In this document: one piece after another, positions 56,174 through 58,057 of the stretch
Layout of the letters: the number at the start of each line of letters is the position of its first letter
Position numbering within the stretch: the first letter of the stretch is position 1
Virus record (IMG/VR): IMGVR_UViG_3300025435_000024
Location: 1 to 58,057 of that record
Reading direction: 5' to 3' (one strand)
Source: a virus
Taxonomy: Duplodnaviria > Caudoviricetes
DNA: 58,057 nt
Program-made: the position numbers and the translations under genes
The notes under the pieces: generated by a model
The model's input: the letters and a program-made list of their open reading frames with translations, nothing else
What the model was told of the DNA's origin: nothing
Database searches by the model: none

Positions 56174-56528
56174 GTTTTAAAACTTTGTCAATTTTGTTTT
56201 TATTAAGGGTTGTGAAGCGTTTAGCTTCTCTTTTAGCCTTACGTTCTGCTAAAAGTTTCTTATGCATATAGAAAATCATTTGTCGAGTGCAGGATTTACC
56301 TGTAGCAGCCTGTAACCATATAGCTGCATCTTTATAACTTGCACCTTTTTCCACATATTCCATAGTCTTACGTAGACATTTAAGGTTATGCTGGTTTAAA
56401 AGTAGATACTGAGGATCATCAGGGTCTTCATCATAGATGAATGGCTTGCCTAATCCTGTTGTCCATGCAATACTTTTTGGAACTGTACCTTCTACAATGT
56501 CCCAAACGCTTATTTTAGTGTTCTTCAT
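56139..56528 (-). CDS. HTH-containing protein
   Basis: GASYKDAAIWL...TGKSCTRQ. Confidence 0.55.
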   Translation of the reverse strand: MKNTKISVWDIVEGTVPKSIAWTTGLGKPFIYDEDPDDPQYLLLNQHNLKCLRKTMEYVEKGASYKDAAIWLQAATGKSCTRQMIFYMHKKLLAERKAKREAKRFTTLNKNKIDKVLKRAKRTTSTATA

Positions 56529-56886
56529 TCTGTTTTGGAGGTAAAAATACTATACCGAGCTGAGCACCGGATACAGTTTGTACCCTCTCCCTCTTAGTTA
56601 GACCAATGCGGTCAAGAATTTGTTTAGCAGCTTCTAATCGTTTCTCTGAACCTGGTTCAATGGCTTCATCACCCATCATATTAACCATTTTACGAGCAGC
56701 ATCTGGAGCATGTTGAGCCAACCACATCTCTGTAGCTTCTACAATTTGCTCACGAATAGCTTGATTTAGGTTAGATACAGCACCGGGATGATAACCAGCC
56801 TTCTTAGCGGCTTCCATAACAGGCAAACCTTCAAAGACTAGATATTGAATGTACGCTTGTTGCTTGTCTGTTAGCTTATCAGCCAT
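56515..56886 (-). CDS. terminase small subunit
   Basis: LTDKQ...AAKKAGY...RLEAAKQILDRIG. Confidence 0.75.
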   Translation of the reverse strand: MADKLTDKQQAYIQYLVFEGLPVMEAAKKAGYHPGAVSNLNQAIREQIVEATEMWLAQHAPDAARKMVNMMGDEAIEPGSEKRLEAAKQILDRIGLTKRERVQTVSGAQLGIVFLPPKQNEEH

Positions 56887-57130
56887 GACATTGCCACTTT
56901 CTTAGAGACTTGTTAATGCGAGAGTTAGGATCATTCTTAGTCTTTTCTGATGTAAGCTTAGCTTTCATACCAGACATACGAGCACAGAATGATTTCTTAC
57001 GAGGTCCACCTTCTGGCTGTGGTGCTTTAAGGTGTCCACCAGTAGCTTTATTATAAGAGGCACGTCCTTTGGCGTTTAAACCACCTGACTCGTCTTTACC
57101 TTCTTTACGTTGCCATGCAGGACTAGCCAT
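56879..57130 (-). CDS. conserved basic protein (DUF6321-like)
   Basis: AWQRKEGK..GGLNAKGR...RKKSFCARMSG...SLRKW.C. Confidence 0.6.
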   Translation of the reverse strand: MASPAWQRKEGKDESGGLNAKGRASYNKATGGHLKAPQPEGGPRKKSFCARMSGMKAKLTSEKTKNDPNSRINKSLRKWQCHG

Positions 57131-57453
57131 TAGCTATGCTTCCAATGTTTAGCATTCTCTGCAAATGTAGCTCGCTTACGTTCAGCAGGGTCTTTACTAT
57201 GTTTAGCTTCAGCAAGCTTTTTAGCAGGAATAGGTTTACTAGATGGAACACCTAAGTCTTTGTGTAAAAGACCTTTATGAGATTCCTCAATCTTAATACC
57301 ACCTTTTTTAAGACCTAAACCATTAAGACCCATACCACGAGGTGTAGTCTTATATGTTTTACCTGACTCTAAAAGTTTTAAGCTATTAAGACCAGTCTTT
57401 ACGTTACTGGACTTTGGAGCATCTTTACGTAATGGAGGTAAATTGGTCCTCAT
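57130..57453 (-). CDS. basic protein with an LKKGG motif
   Basis: LKKGG then KGLLH..LGVP...IP.KKL...KRA.FA.NA..W. Confidence 0.6.
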   Translation of the reverse strand: MRTNLPPLRKDAPKSSNVKTGLNSLKLLESGKTYKTTPRGMGLNGLGLKKGGIKIEESHKGLLHKDLGVPSSKPIPAKKLAEAKHSKDPAERKRATFAENAKHWKHS

Positions 57454-57695
57454 TTGATGCTCCTATTCTTAGATTTGCTTAAAACTCTTAGATTAGAACG
57501 TGCGTTATTAGTAGTGTTGTGGTTCTTGTGATCCACATCCTTACCATCACCTTTGGAAACTAATCCTGCTTTAGCTAATTTAGCACGAGCAGCGTTACGA
57601 CCAGCCCTACGTTCTTTTTGAGTTTCAGTTGACTGATACTTCTTATCGTAGCTGTAGTCTCGTCCGTCAGCTTTATTTACGCCGCCTCTAGGCAT
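57450..57695 (-). CDS. small HNH-motif protein
   Basis: GDGKDVDHK...NN..SNLRV....NR. Confidence 0.65.
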   Translation of the reverse strand: MPRGGVNKADGRDYSYDKKYQSTETQKERRAGRNAARAKLAKAGLVSKGDGKDVDHKNHNTTNNARSNLRVLSKSKNRSIK

Positions 57696-58057
57696 TATTT
57701 CTTTGCAGCATAGTCTTTAGTGTGTGCAGCAACAACTACACCACCTGATTTCATCTTAGCTCCACCACCACACATTTTGCAGCTGCATTTGTCTGGATGT
57801 GCTTTAGAACCTTGAAAAGACCCATTAACTTTGCTAAAACCAGCCTTACCCTTTTTACCAGTTAAAGAACCTGGTTTGCCATCAGACATACCACCCTTTT
57901 TCATACCTTGAGGCATACCAGGCATAGCACCAGGAGCACCGCCAGGAGCACCAGTAGGTGATGGCATAGGCACAGGAGCAGCAACTGTCTTACGAGCTAC
58001 AGCCAAACCTTTAGGAACAGAATTAGGACCACGAGGACCGCGCATACCGCCACGAGC
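57695..58057 (-). CDS. C-terminal part of the basic KxGG-motif protein (joins 1-284)
   Basis: Frame open to the window edge (ARGGMRGPRG...); MKKGG, MKSGG. Confidence 0.65.
   Translation of the reverse strand, partial: ARGGMRGPRGPNSVPKGLAVARKTVAAPVPMPSPTGAPGGAPGAMPGMPQGMKKGGMSDGKPGSLTGKKGKAGFSKVNGSFQGSKAHPDKCSCKMCGGGAKMKSGGVVVAAHTKDYAAKK

Overview
This window looks like an essentially complete, circularly permuted ~58 kb lytic podovirus genome. Its PolA carries a DnaJ-type CxxCxGxG insert, and its capsid, portal and tail genes are of the HMO-2011/Zobellviridae-like type. An alphaproteobacterial host is inferred, not shown. The + strand block (6999-34343) holds small early genes, rIIA/rIIB, primase, helicase, a glycosyltransferase-like gene, two tRNAs, PolA with an intein, SSB, nucleases, NTP pyrophosphohydrolases, a class II RNR with two inteins, an HslV-like Thr protease and ThyX. 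The - strand block (58057-34333, plus 4947-1 across the join) holds terminase, portal, scaffold, a major capsid gene split by a 265-nt ORF-less group I intron, tail and ejection proteins, a lysis cassette and tail fibres. No RNA polymerase, integrase, reverse transcriptase or CRISPR array was seen. The most notable unannotated signals are: (1) two ~460-480 nt, promoter-linked, G.U-rich structured non-coding regions at 5050-5505 and 6494-6967; (2) a capsid intron beside a nonsense-inactivated free-standing HNH gene with a pseudoknot-like leader; (3) a tRNA-Pro with a GGCAGCG T-loop, followed by a ~100 nt rod-like RNA; (4) a putative LSxGE protease with repeated hydrophobic-x-x-GG motifs in small basic proteins. 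All calls come from reading motifs by eye; no searches were run.
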